DNA of 64,000 nucleotides from the NCBI GenBank assembly GCA_947478395.1, contig CANJVR010000001.1, positions 192,001-256,000 on the forward strand. Reading direction: 5' to 3'. The notes under the pieces were generated by a model, which worked only from the letters and a program-made list of their open reading frames with translations, was not told the origin of the DNA and did no database searches. The translations under genes and the position numbers were made by a program. The DNA comes from Opitutia bacterium. GTDB lineage: Bacteria > Verrucomicrobiota > Verrucomicrobiia > Opitutales > Opitutaceae. Positions 49,018 to 59,092 of this stretch are shown here, one piece after another (position 1 is the stretch's first letter; each line of letters opens with the position of its first letter).

Positions 49018-52000
49018 ATGAACACTGCCCCCACGCTTCATAGCCGTCTCGCCGCGCTTGCAGTTCTAATCTCAGCCCTCGCACTCCCGGCCCAACCGGC
49101 CGCCGATCCGATGGCCGACAGCTTCAAAAATCCCCCCGATGCCGCCAAGCCGCGCGCGTGGTGGCATTGGACCGCGAGCAACGTCACCAAGGAAGGCATC
49201 ACGAAGGATCTCGAGTGGATGAAACGCGTCGGCATCGCGGGCTTCATGCTCGCCGACGTGAGCTCGTCGGGTCCCAGCCGCCAGCTCGTCGAAACGAAGA
49301 TTCCTTTCGGCACGCCGGAGTGGTTCGACGCGGTCCGCCACGCTGCGGCCGAAGCCGACCGGCTCGGCTTGGAGATGACCATTTTTAGTTCGCCCGGCTG
49401 GAGCGAAACGGGCGGACCCTGGGTCAAGCCCGAGCAGGCGATGAAGAAATTCGTGTGGAGTGAAACCGCCGTAAAGGGCCCGACAAAATTTTCCGGCAAA
49501 CTCGCCGCCCCGCCGAACAACATCGGCCAAATCCGCAACACGGGCGCGAGCTACTACACCAGCGATTCGACCGACCAACCGTACTACGCCGACAGCTCCG
49601 TCGTGGCCTACCGCACGCCCGCCGCCGAAGGCGACGCGACCGCCGCGCAGCCGATCGTCACGACCCACAACGGTCCCATCGACGGCTCGGCGCTCCTCGA
49701 CGACCAGCTCAATACCTTGCTCACGATTCCCGCGCCCAAGGATGGCAGCCCGGCGTGGGTGCAATTCGAGTTTCCGCAGCCATTCCTCTCGCGCGCGATC
49801 ACGCTCGGCGGCCGCGGCGGCAGTGCCAACGGCATTCCCGTCGGCCGCGTGCTCGCGAGCGATGACGGAAAAACGTTTCGCACGCTCGTGACGTTGCCCG
49901 GCACCCAACTCTACCGCCAAGGCATGGTGCGCACGTATGCGTTTCCCGCGACCACCGCGAAATTCTACCGCATCGAAATGACCGGCGCGCCCATCGGGCC
50001 CGCGCCTACCATGAGCCAGGCGCCAACCGCACCTGCCGCGCAATACGTCCTGAGCGAAGCAATCCTGCACCGCGGCGCGCGCGTGCAACGTTGGGAGGAA
50101 AAGGCCGGATTCAGTTTCCTCTTCGAATACGATTCAGTGCCGACCCTCGATGCGCCGGTCGATGCGACCGTGCCCGCGCGCGAGGTCGTCGATCTCACGG
50201 CGAAAATGAAACCCGACGGCTCGCTCGACTGGGATGTGCCATCCGGCAACTGGACGATTCTTCGTCTGGGCTTTTCGCTGACTGGCGCAAAAAACCGCCC
50301 CACCACGCCCGCCGGCTCCGGCTACGAAGCCGACAAACTCAGCCGCGCCCACATGGAGGCATACGTTCGCGGTTACTTCGATCCGCTCGCAAAAGCGCTG
50401 GGACCGCTGTTCGGAAAAAGTCTGCGCTACGTGATGATGGACAGCTGGGAGGCCGGTACGAACAACTGGACCGATGAGATGACCGCGCAGTTTCGTGCAC
50501 GGCGCGGTTACGATCCCACGCCGTACGTGCCCGCGCTGACGGGACGCATCGTCGAGAACGGCGATGTCAGCGACCGTTTCCTGTGGGATTTTCGCCGCAC
50601 GCTGGCCGATCTGTGGGCCGACGCGCACTACGGCGTCATGGCCGAGAAATTGCGCGAACGCGGCGTCGGCATTTATGCGGAGGCAGCCGGCGTCTCGCTC
50701 GAAATGCCCGAGGACACGCTGCTCAACAAAAGCAAAGTCGAAATCCCCATGGGCGAATTTTGGGTGCGCGATCTGCATCCGCGGCTGATGTACGTGCAGG
50801 ACGTGCGCGGCGCGGCGTCGGCCTCCCACGTTTACGGCAAACCGCTGGTCGCCTCGGAAGCGTTCACCGGCGGCGGTTACGAATCGCCCTACACGTTGAA
50901 AAAGGTCGCCGACTACTGGCTCGCGCAGGGCATCAACCGCCTCGTCCTCCACACCTCCGCGCACCAACCGCTCGATACCAAACCCGGCAACACGATGGTC
51001 GGCACGCATCTCAACCGAAACATCACGTGGGCCGAGCAGGCCGCGCCGTTCTTCACGTACCTCGCGCGCGAATGTCACATGCTGCAGCAAGGCAAGTTCG
51101 TCGCCGACCTCGCATACCTGCTGGACGAAGGCGCGCCCTCGACGCCGCCGATCTGGGCGGGCGGCACGCGGCCAACGCCGCCCGAAGGGTTCGACTTCGA
51201 TTTCATCAACGCCGATGTGCTGCTCAACCGCATGAGCGTGGCCGACGACGGCCGTCTCGTGCTGCCCGATGGCATGAGTTATCGCGCGCTCGTTCTCCCG
51301 ACCACGGATCGCATGCGTCCTGAATTGCTGAAAAAAATTGCTGAGCTCGTTCGCGGCGGAGCGCTGCTGATCGGGCCGAAGCCCACGCGCTCACCAAGCC
51401 TCGCCCGCTTTCCCGCCGCCGATGCCGAAGTGCAGACGATCGCCGCCGATATCTGGGGCGATCTCGACGGCGCGAGCCGCACGATCCGCATCGTGGGCAA
51501 AGGTCGCGTCGTCTGGGGCTGGACGCCCGCCGAAGCGCTCGCCGCCGCGAAGATTCAGAAAGATTTCGAGTATGCACGCGGCCTGGACGCCGAACTCGCC
51601 TGGCTGCACCGCCGGACGGACGACGCGGACATCTACTACGTCGCGAACACGACCGACCGCGCGCAAAACTTCGAGGCGCGTTTCCGCGTCGCGGGACGGG
51701 CCGTTGAACTGTGGCACCCCGATTCCGGCGTCACCGAACCCGCCAGCTACAGCATCACGGATGATCGCACCGTTGTACCGTTGCAGTTGGGCGAACGTGA
51801 ATCGGTCTTCGTCGTTTTCCGCGGACCGGCCAACGGAAATTCGCGCCGCCTGCCGGCCTCGACGATCGCGGGCCTCGGCGCCATCGAGGGGGCTTGGGAT
51901 GTTTCGTTTCCCGCGAAGCTCGGCGCGCCGGCGCGGATTCAGTTGCCGGCGCTCAGTTCGCTGACGACGCAGACCGATCCCGGCGTGAAATATTTTTCCG

Positions 52001-52395
52001 GGACCGCGACGTACACGAAGACGTTTACCGCTCCGCCCGAGTGGATGCGGACCAACGCGATCACTTACCTCGATCTCGGCCGCGTGGGTGAAATCGCAGA
52101 GATCACGCTCAACGGCCAGGCGCTCGGCGAGGTGTGGAAGGCGCCGTTCCGTGTCGACGTGACCGGCAAGCTTCGCAGCGGTGAAAATCGGCTGGAGATC
52201 AAAGTCACCAACCAGTGGACCAACCGCATCGCGGGCGACCAGCTGTTGCCTGAGGCGCAAAAGATTCTCGTCGGCGTCACGCCGGCCGCGGGTCGCGCCG
52301 GCGGCCTTAGCGGCATCGGAAACGCCGCGCCCACGCTGCCTGAATCCGGATTGCTCGGACCGGTCACGCTCCTCGTCAAAACTTCCATCCCGTGA
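49018..52395 (+). CDS. Glycoside hydrolase family 106 (alpha-L-rhamnosidase-like)
   Basis: PRAWWHW, ITKDLEWMKRVG, SPGWSETGGPWV, DSWEAG, PMGEFW, SGLLGPV. Confidence 0.85.
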   Translation: MNTAPTLHSRLAALAVLISALALPAQPAADPMADSFKNPPDAAKPRAWWHWTASNVTKEGITKDLEWMKRVGIAGFMLADVSSSGPSRQLVETKIPFGTPEWFDAVRHAAAEADRLGLEMTIFSSPGWSETGGPWVKPEQAMKKFVWSETAVKGPTKFSGKLAAPPNNIGQIRNTGASYYTSDSTDQPYYADSSVVAYRTPAAEGDATAAQPIVTTHNGPIDGSALLDDQLNTLLTIPAPKDGSPAWVQFEFPQPFLSRAITLGGRGGSANGIPVGRVLASDDGKTFRTLVTLPGTQLYRQGMVRTYAFPATTAKFYRIEMTGAPIGPAPTMSQAPTAPAAQYVLSEAILHRGARVQRWEEKAGFSFLFEYDSVPTLDAPVDATVPAREVVDLTAKMKPDGSLDWDVPSGNWTILRLGFSLTGAKNRPTTPAGSGYEADKLSRAHMEAYVRGYFDPLAKALGPLFGKSLRYVMMDSWEAGTNNWTDEMTAQFRARRGYDPTPYVPALTGRIVENGDVSDRFLWDFRRTLADLWADAHYGVMAEKLRERGVGIYAEAAGVSLEMPEDTLLNKSKVEIPMGEFWVRDLHPRLMYVQDVRGAASASHVYGKPLVASEAFTGGGYESPYTLKKVADYWLAQGINRLVLHTSAHQPLDTKPGNTMVGTHLNRNITWAEQAAPFFTYLARECHMLQQGKFVADLAYLLDEGAPSTPPIWAGGTRPTPPEGFDFDFINADVLLNRMSVADDGRLVLPDGMSYRALVLPTTDRMRPELLKKIAELVRGGALLIGPKPTRSPSLARFPAADAEVQTIAADIWGDLDGASRTIRIVGKGRVVWGWTPAEALAAAKIQKDFEYARGLDAELAWLHRRTDDADIYYVANTTDRAQNFEARFRVAGRAVELWHPDSGVTEPASYSITDDRTVVPLQLGERESVFVVFRGPANGNSRRLPASTIAGLGAIEGAWDVSFPAKLGAPARIQLPALSSLTTQTDPGVKYFSGTATYTKTFTAPPEWMRTNAITYLDLGRVGEIAEITLNGQALGEVWKAPFRVDVTGKLRSGENRLEIKVTNQWTNRIAGDQLLPEAQKILVGVTPAAGRAGGLSGIGNAAPTLPESGLLGPVTLLVKTSIP

Positions 52396-53717
52396 AGCTT
52401 CGTCGGCGGTCCTTCATCGTCCCGTCGCTCGCGCTCGCCCGTTTGGCGTGCGCGCAGATCGTCGACTCGGAGCCGGCGACCGTCGCGAACATTCCCGTTA
52501 ACTACACGGAGGCGAAAACCGGCACCTACACGTTACCCGATCCGCTCAAATTCGCCGACGGCTCACCCGTGGCCGATGCGAAGACGTGGATGGAAAAGCG
52601 CCGGCCCGAACTGCTGAAGCTCATCGAGGAAAACCAATTCGGCCGCGTACCGCCGAAGCCAGATTCCATGGCCTACGATGCCTTCGACCAGGGCACACCT
52701 GCCTTCGGCGGCAAGGCGCTCCGCAAGCAGGTCAGACTTTTCTTCCCCTCAAGTCGGACCAATCACTGGGTGGATGTTCTCCTCTATTTGCCGGCTAATG
52801 CGACCGGTCCGGTCCCCGTCCTGCTCAACTTCGGCTGGACCGCCAACAATCTCGCGGTCCCCGATGATCCCGGAGTCAGAGTCGGTGGATTGATCCCAGC
52901 GAACCCGCGACCCGAACCGTACTTTCGGGTCCCGGCGACACCGACGCCCGGTCCGTCACGCGGGCCCGGTCGCAATCTCGATCCGATGCAGGTGGTCGAG
53001 CGCGGTTACGGTTGGGCTATTTTCAACTACAACGACATCGACCCCGATGTGCCCAACGCGATCGCGGCGGGCGTTCGCGCCGCCTTTCTGAAGCTAGGTC
53101 AGGCTGAACCCGCGCCCGACGAGTGGGGCTCCATCGCCGCGTGGAGCTGGGGCGCGAGCCGCATCATCGACTGGCTCGAAGCCGAGCCCAAAATCGACGC
53201 CAAACGCATCGCCATCACCGGAGCTTCCCGCCTCGGCAAAACGGCCTTGTGGACCGCGGCGCGCGACGAACGCGTGGCCTGCGTGATCGCGAGCGTTTCC
53301 GGCGAAGGCGGGGCCGCTCTCAGTCGGCGCGATTATGGCGAGACCGTCGCGCATCTGGTCGCACCGACGCGTTACCCTTATCAGTTCGCGCAGAATTATC
53401 AGAAATGGGCCGGACGAGCGAACGAGATGCCGTGGGACGCGCACACGATCATCGCGCTCGTGGCCCCGCGGCCGATCCTGCTCCAAACCGGGAGCACCGA
53501 CAAATGGTCCGATCCGTACGGCGAGTTTCTCGCGGCGAAAGCGGCCACGCCGGTGTTCGCACTGCTCGGTAAAAAAGGCATCGAGGAATATTCGCTCCCC
53601 GCGACGGGCAAACCGCTCATGCATACGCTGGGCTACCTGATGCACGACGGCCCGCACGGCGTCATGCCGGCCGACTGGCCGATGTTTCTGGATTTCCTGG
53701 ACGCGCATTTGAAGTAG
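52392..53717 (+). CDS. CE15 glucuronoyl-esterase-like/acetylxylan esterase
   Basis: YTLPDPL, WGSIAAWSWG, GASRLGKTALW, ALVAPRP. Confidence 0.8.
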   Translation: MKLRRRSFIVPSLALARLACAQIVDSEPATVANIPVNYTEAKTGTYTLPDPLKFADGSPVADAKTWMEKRRPELLKLIEENQFGRVPPKPDSMAYDAFDQGTPAFGGKALRKQVRLFFPSSRTNHWVDVLLYLPANATGPVPVLLNFGWTANNLAVPDDPGVRVGGLIPANPRPEPYFRVPATPTPGPSRGPGRNLDPMQVVERGYGWAIFNYNDIDPDVPNAIAAGVRAAFLKLGQAEPAPDEWGSIAAWSWGASRIIDWLEAEPKIDAKRIAITGASRLGKTALWTAARDERVACVIASVSGEGGAALSRRDYGETVAHLVAPTRYPYQFAQNYQKWAGRANEMPWDAHTIIALVAPRPILLQTGSTDKWSDPYGEFLAAKAATPVFALLGKKGIEEYSLPATGKPLMHTLGYLMHDGPHGVMPADWPMFLDFLDAHLK

Positions 53718-53822
53718 GTGGGGCTTCGCCCCGTTGATGCGCGAGGCGGGTCCGAGACGCCGCCCGACGCGGGCGACGGAAAATCTTGAGCGAACTTATG
53801 CGCACCGCATCGTCGTGGGGCC

Positions 53823-55475
53823 ATGCGTTACCCCACCCCGGCTAGTCCTTTCACGTCGCTTCGTTCCCTTCGTCGCCTTGCGCTCGCCGTGGCGATCGCC
53901 GGATCGATTTTTTCCCCACTGACGCGCGCCGCATCCGCCGGCGCCGTCGGGATTTTCGCGACGCACGCCGATATCGGCCTCACACCCACGGCCGGCAGCG
54001 CGGTGTTCGATGCCGCCAAGAAATCCTACACCGTCACGGGTGGCGGCAATAACATCTGGGCCAAGGTCGATGCGTTCCACTTCGCGTGGAAACAACTTTC
54101 GGGCGACGTGAGTTTCTCCGCCGACATCGAATTTCTGCCCAACACCGCGGGCGTGTCCGATCCGCATCGGAAGGCCTGCCTGATGATTCGCCAGAGCCTC
54201 GACGCCGATGCCGCGTACATCGACGCGGCGCTGCACGGCAACGGACTCACGGCGCTGCAGTTCCGCGACGCCAAGGGCGGGCCGACGCGCGAGGTCATGA
54301 GCAACATCATCGGACCCGTCCGCCTGCGCATCGAAAAACGCGGCGATGTCTTCACCCTCTTTCTGGGCCAGGCCGGCGAGGATCCGAAATACTCCGGCGC
54401 CTCGTACAATCTGAAATTCACGGAGCCGTTCTACATCGGCCTCGCGGTCGGAGCCCACAACGGCAACGACACGTCGACCATGGTCGAGGCCGTCACGTTT
54501 TCGAACGTCGAGTTGAAGACGAACCTGCCGGCCGGCACGCCCAAACTTTACAGCACGCTGGAGACGCAGGTCTCGAATCCCGTCAACGCGAACGGCACGC
54601 AGAACACCGATCGCTGCGTCCTCTACGTGACCGAGGGCAGCATCGAAGGCCCGGTCTGGCTGCCCGACAACAGCGGGGTCGTCTTCAGTCGCGGTGGAAA
54701 ATTAATGCGCCTGCCGATGAAAGTCCCGGCCCGCGCCGCGCGTGGTGCCGCCGGCACGCCGCCACCGCCCGCGCCGGTCCTAGGCGCTTCTCCGCTCGCG
54801 GACGGCGCGCCCGTCGCGATCGACACCGGCAAGGTCACCGGCATCAGCCGCACGCACGGCCTGTCGCCCGATGGCACCCAGATTATTTTCGTCGATCATC
54901 CGCCGGGAAATCCTCGTCCGCCGGCCAACACGTTCATCGTTCCGATCGCGGGCGGCACGCCGCGCCTGCTCACGCCCACTACCGGCGCAGGATCGTCGCT
55001 CGCGCCGGATGGAAAATTATTCGCCTTCGACACCGACACCGTGGCGGACATCTACACGATTCCCACCGACGGCAGCGGGCCCGCGACGCGGCTGACGAAC
55101 GGCCAAGGCCAAAAAAATTACGGCCCGCAATTTTCGCACGACGGCAGTTTCATCCTGTTCTGCTCCGATCGTAGTGGCTCGATGCAAATCTGGCGGATGA
55201 AGCCCGACGGTTCCGAGCCGACGCAGGTCACGCATGACGACAACGCCAACTGGTTTCCCCGGATATCCTCGAACGACGCCTCCGCGCTCGTCGTGTCGTA
55301 TCCGAAATCCGTGGTCGGCGATCCGGCGAACAGCCTCGTTCAACTCCGTCGGGTCAACCTCGCCAACGGCACGATCGATCTGATGGCCCGCGTCACCGGC
55401 GGTCCCGCCTCAGCGCCCACGTGGTCGCCCACGAATACGCAGATCACCTTCGTGAGTTATCAAATGGTGTATTGA
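53823..55475 (+). CDS. Exported protein with N-terminal beta-sandwich and TolB-like (PD40) propeller
   Basis: HRKACLMIRQSL, HGNGLTALQFR, FCSDRSGSMQIWRMKPDG. Confidence 0.75.
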   Translation: MRYPTPASPFTSLRSLRRLALAVAIAGSIFSPLTRAASAGAVGIFATHADIGLTPTAGSAVFDAAKKSYTVTGGGNNIWAKVDAFHFAWKQLSGDVSFSADIEFLPNTAGVSDPHRKACLMIRQSLDADAAYIDAALHGNGLTALQFRDAKGGPTREVMSNIIGPVRLRIEKRGDVFTLFLGQAGEDPKYSGASYNLKFTEPFYIGLAVGAHNGNDTSTMVEAVTFSNVELKTNLPAGTPKLYSTLETQVSNPVNANGTQNTDRCVLYVTEGSIEGPVWLPDNSGVVFSRGGKLMRLPMKVPARAARGAAGTPPPPAPVLGASPLADGAPVAIDTGKVTGISRTHGLSPDGTQIIFVDHPPGNPRPPANTFIVPIAGGTPRLLTPTTGAGSSLAPDGKLFAFDTDTVADIYTIPTDGSGPATRLTNGQGQKNYGPQFSHDGSFILFCSDRSGSMQIWRMKPDGSEPTQVTHDDNANWFPRISSNDASALVVSYPKSVVGDPANSLVQLRRVNLANGTIDLMARVTGGPASAPTWSPTNTQITFVSYQMVY

Positions 55476-55495
55476 ATTCAGAAGCGCGAACCGCG

Positions 55496-55585
55496 GTAGG
55501 GCGGGTTATCCTTAACCCGCCGCTGCGACTCAGCTCACAGAAAAAGCGATGCCCAACCGGCGCGTTAGGGATAACGCGCCCTACC
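55496..55585. repeat. GTAG-type REP doublet
   Basis: gtagggcgggttatccttaac...gttagggataacgcgccctac; degenerate relatives near 16466-16551 and 11572-11650. Confidence 0.7.
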
Positions 55586-55630
55586 TTTCGAGCGCCCCGA
55601 TCTACGCCCCAAATTTAACCCCCACTCCCC

Positions 55631-57364
55631 ATGAATCCCACCCCATGCCTCCCGCGCGCCGCACTCGCGACGCTCATTTTCAGCATCGCCGCAGCCGGCC
55701 TTTCTGCCGCCACCGCGCCCAGCCCAGTCGTGATTCTTCCGAGCGTGACCTACAAACCTTCCGAGGTGATCACGCTGTGGCCTGGCCTGCCACCCGGCGA
55801 TAAACCCGGTATGGGGCCTGAGTATATTCTTCCCGAGCGCCCGCGGCCCTTCGATCAGATCACCGACATCTCGGTCCCCACCCTTTCCGTCTTCCTCCCG
55901 CCGGCGGCGATAAACACCGGCACCGCGATCCTCGTGATTCCAGGCGGTGGACTCGAACGCCTCGCGCTCGAACACGAGGGCTTCGAGATCGCCGAATGGC
56001 TGAACTCGAAGGGCATCGCCGCCTTCATGCTCAAATACCGCGTGCCGCCGCGCGATCCCGCCGCCCGCTGGAAGGTCGGCTTGCAGGACGCGCAGCGCGC
56101 GATGGGTATTATTCATTCCCGCGCCGCCGAGTGGCACGTGGACGACGACGCGATCGGAACCATTGGTTTCTCCGCCGGTGGCGAAATCAACGTCCTCCTT
56201 TCCGTCCACCACAGCGAACCGCGCCAATATCCTCTCGTCGACGCCGCCGATAAATTTTCCACCCGGCCGGATTTCAACATCGTGATGTACGGCGGCGGTT
56301 ACACGAACAACGCGACCAATTCGCTGCGCGAAGATGTCGCCTCGCGCATCAACGCGACCACGCCACCGATGTTTATCGTTCACGCCTTCGACGACGCGTC
56401 GCTCTCATCGATCATCCTCATGAACGCGCTCAAGCGGGCCAACATCGCGTCCGAACTGCACATCTTCGGCGCGGGCGGTCACGGCTTCGGCATTCGCGGC
56501 ACGGGTCTGCCCGTGGGCCACTGGTCCGAGCTGTGTCTGAACTGGCTCGAATGGCAGGGCTACCTCGACGTGGTGCCGGTGAGAAAATTGGCGCGCGACT
56601 TGTTCAAAGCGCGGACCGGTGGCGCGGCCAGCCTCCCGAGTTTCAGTGCCGCGTTGCCCAAGGCGGATCTCAATCAGGCCTTCGCGGTACAGCGTCGGTT
56701 CGTCGGTCTCACGCTCCGCGCCGGTGACGAAGTCGCCGGCTACACGGGGGCGTTTACCACCGCGGCGGCGCAGAAAGCCGTGAAGCTCAGCCAACCGGTG
56801 CACGGCGTTTTACTGAAGTCCGGCCGCATCGACGCCAAACCCGGCACCGCCGTCGTCGTTGCAGTGAAACAGCCGGTGCGCGTTGAAGCCCAAATCGGAT
56901 ATGTGATGGGCTTCGACATCGGCACGAAACTCGTCGTCCCCCGCCAGGCGCTCACAACCGTCGAAATGATGGTGCCCGTGGTCGAATTGCCGGGCACTGG
57001 AGCGCCACTGAAAAACGGCCTGATCACCGGCAATCCGCTCGATGCCGTCGCCGAAAACCTCGGCGCGAACCGCTTCATCGTTGGACCGGCCGTCGCCCCG
57101 AAGTTGGTGGGGAATACCGATGCGCTCGCGGTCACGCTCAATCGCAACGGGCAGAAAATTTCCGCCGCCACCGGAGCGGACGCGAAGGACGGACAGGGCC
57201 GGATGCTGATGACGTTGATCAACCAGATCATCGACCAAGGTCGCGTTATCCATCGCGGTGACATCATTCTCTCCGGTCCGCTCGGCGGCGTGCAGTCCGG
57301 TGAAAAGGGAAATTACACCGCGGAATTCGGCGCGCTTGGCAGCGTGGCCTTCACGCTCGAGTGA
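55631..57364 (+). CDS. Alpha/beta hydrolase (esterase) fused to FAH/2-keto-4-pentenoate hydratase-like domain
   Basis: PGGG, LKYR, GFSAGG, GGHGFG; C-terminal AFAVQ, VHGVL, GDIILSG, FGALGSV. Confidence 0.75.
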   Translation: MNPTPCLPRAALATLIFSIAAAGLSAATAPSPVVILPSVTYKPSEVITLWPGLPPGDKPGMGPEYILPERPRPFDQITDISVPTLSVFLPPAAINTGTAILVIPGGGLERLALEHEGFEIAEWLNSKGIAAFMLKYRVPPRDPAARWKVGLQDAQRAMGIIHSRAAEWHVDDDAIGTIGFSAGGEINVLLSVHHSEPRQYPLVDAADKFSTRPDFNIVMYGGGYTNNATNSLREDVASRINATTPPMFIVHAFDDASLSSIILMNALKRANIASELHIFGAGGHGFGIRGTGLPVGHWSELCLNWLEWQGYLDVVPVRKLARDLFKARTGGAASLPSFSAALPKADLNQAFAVQRRFVGLTLRAGDEVAGYTGAFTTAAAQKAVKLSQPVHGVLLKSGRIDAKPGTAVVVAVKQPVRVEAQIGYVMGFDIGTKLVVPRQALTTVEMMVPVVELPGTGAPLKNGLITGNPLDAVAENLGANRFIVGPAVAPKLVGNTDALAVTLNRNGQKISAATGADAKDGQGRMLMTLINQIIDQGRVIHRGDIILSGPLGGVQSGEKGNYTAEFGALGSVAFTLE

Positions 57365-57450
57365 ACGGGGCGGCACGCGCGATTCTGATCGGGACGAGGA
57401 GAGCGAGCGAGGCCTGAGCCCAACCCGCCCTGCGGGCCCTCGTCTCCTCG

Positions 57451-57563
57451 AGCGGTTTGAGGTTTCCTTGGCTGTATTGTGTAGCGGCAGGCGTCTCTGC
57501 CTGCCGAAGCGAGTACGCCGAACCCGGCAGGCAGGGACGCCTGCCGCTACGTCGTTAACCGCT
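57451..57563 (-). repeat. REPIN/MITE-like element, copy 3 (inverted, shorter)
   Basis: agcggttt...gtagcggcaggcgtc...gacgcctgccgctac...taaccgct. Confidence 0.75.
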
Positions 57564-57645
57564 GGGCCTATAAGTGTTCCCCGGCTTGTCCGCAGCTCCA
57601 GGAATCTTTGTGACTTTTGGTGGCCAACCTGCCGAAACTTTTCGG

Positions 57646-58455
57646 CTACTTTTTCCGCGTCAGTTCCAGATACGCGTCCGCGTAGCGCTGGCCGAGTTTC
57701 CGGTACGAGTCGGAATCGAAATGAGTCTTGTCGCCTTTGTCCGTGAGTCCTTCGGAACTCACGAAGGCCGTGTGCGGAACTTTTTTCGGCAGATCGCGCG
57801 TGGCCTGATCGACCGGCGCCTTGAACTCATTGCGCGGCTCGATGCCATAGAACGTCCCGAGTTGGCCGGCGATGAACGGCACCTCCGGCGCATTTAGATC
57901 CCGCCGCAGACGCGCGATCAGATCGTGCAACTTCACTTCATACGCGGCCGCGAGCCCGACCTTTGAATCAGACTCGCCCTGATGCCAGAGGATGCCCTTG
58001 AGCGTGCCGGCCGGCAGCGCGAGCTTTGCGCGGACCATGGTGTCGTCCCACGGATGCGTTTTGGTTTCAGGATACAACACGCCCGGCAGCCACGAATCGA
58101 TCGGCGAACCCCCGACCGCGCAGGGAATCAACCCGATGGTCACCGTCGGGTCGGCCTTCAACAACGCCAGAGCGAAACTGCGACCGAGCCCAACGCCCGC
58201 AGCGGGTTTATCGAAATGCATCGGATCGACGGCAGGCACCCACTGGCCGTCTTTGTTCAACATCAACACGCGCGGGTTCGGCACTTGATCGGCGGGCGTA
58301 ACGACGCCGCGGCCGGCCATGTTCGACTGACCCACGAGCAAGAAGAGGTGAAATTTTTCCTTCGACGGCAGCGCCGGCGCTTGGGCGCGGGCGAACGGTG
58401 TAAGCAGGCCGACGGTTAAGATCGTCAGGCAGACAATGAGGGGATGGGAGGACAT
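57646..58455 (-). CDS. Sialate O-acetylesterase-like (SASA/CE6) SGNH esterase
   Basis: LVGQSNMAGRG, CAVGGSPI, LWHQGESD, DKTHF. Confidence 0.88.
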   Translation of the reverse strand: MSSHPLIVCLTILTVGLLTPFARAQAPALPSKEKFHLFLLVGQSNMAGRGVVTPADQVPNPRVLMLNKDGQWVPAVDPMHFDKPAAGVGLGRSFALALLKADPTVTIGLIPCAVGGSPIDSWLPGVLYPETKTHPWDDTMVRAKLALPAGTLKGILWHQGESDSKVGLAAAYEVKLHDLIARLRRDLNAPEVPFIAGQLGTFYGIEPRNEFKAPVDQATRDLPKKVPHTAFVSSEGLTDKGDKTHFDSDSYRKLGQRYADAYLELTRKK

Positions 58456-58560
58456 GGGGTGAAAAGCGGAAAGAAGCGTTAGATTTAAATGATGATTTCC
58501 GAAGTAGCGCGAGGCTTTAGCCCGTGTTCCGATAGCCAAACCGCGGGCTGAGGCACCGCG

Positions 58561-59046
58561 CTACTTTCGTTCGGCCAGAAGTTCGTCGATCAGCGGAGCG
58601 AGCGGAATAAAACGGCGCACCAGATCGGCCACGTCTTCGGCGAGGCGTTTATCATCTAGCTCGATCCACCCCTGTATCAGCGTCTGCGGGCCGAAATCAA
58701 CCGACACGTTCGGCCAACTTTGGGCCGAAGGAGCGAACCGCTTCCGAAACGCCTCGGCAAATTTCCGGCTTTCGAGGCGGTACGCGCTAAGACGCCGTAA
58801 CTTCAGCGCATGAATGTTATAAAACACCCGGTTCGCACTTACGCCCTTCGGTTCGATCCACACCGAAAAGAAAATGCCGATGTCGGTGGGTATCGCCGGT
58901 TTTTCGAGCCACCCGGGTTTCGCGACTTTCAGCGCGGCGGAGTCGACCCATTCGCCAACGTGGGCCTCAAGCTGCGCTTGCTTGAGCGCGACTCGCATCT
59001 GGCGGGCGGCAATTTCAAATTTTTCGAGATAGGATTTCGTCAACAC
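58561..59046 (-). CDS. Hypothetical protein
   Basis: 161-aa ORF, protein-like composition, co-oriented with xerD. Confidence 0.65.
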   Translation of the reverse strand: MLTKSYLEKFEIAARQMRVALKQAQLEAHVGEWVDSAALKVAKPGWLEKPAIPTDIGIFFSVWIEPKGVSANRVFYNIHALKLRRLSAYRLESRKFAEAFRKRFAPSAQSWPNVSVDFGPQTLIQGWIELDDKRLAEDVADLVRRFIPLAPLIDELLAERK

Positions 59047-59092
59047 GTTTTCATTTCATGAAGCCCGGTTTTTTGAACGCGTCGAAGCCCAC

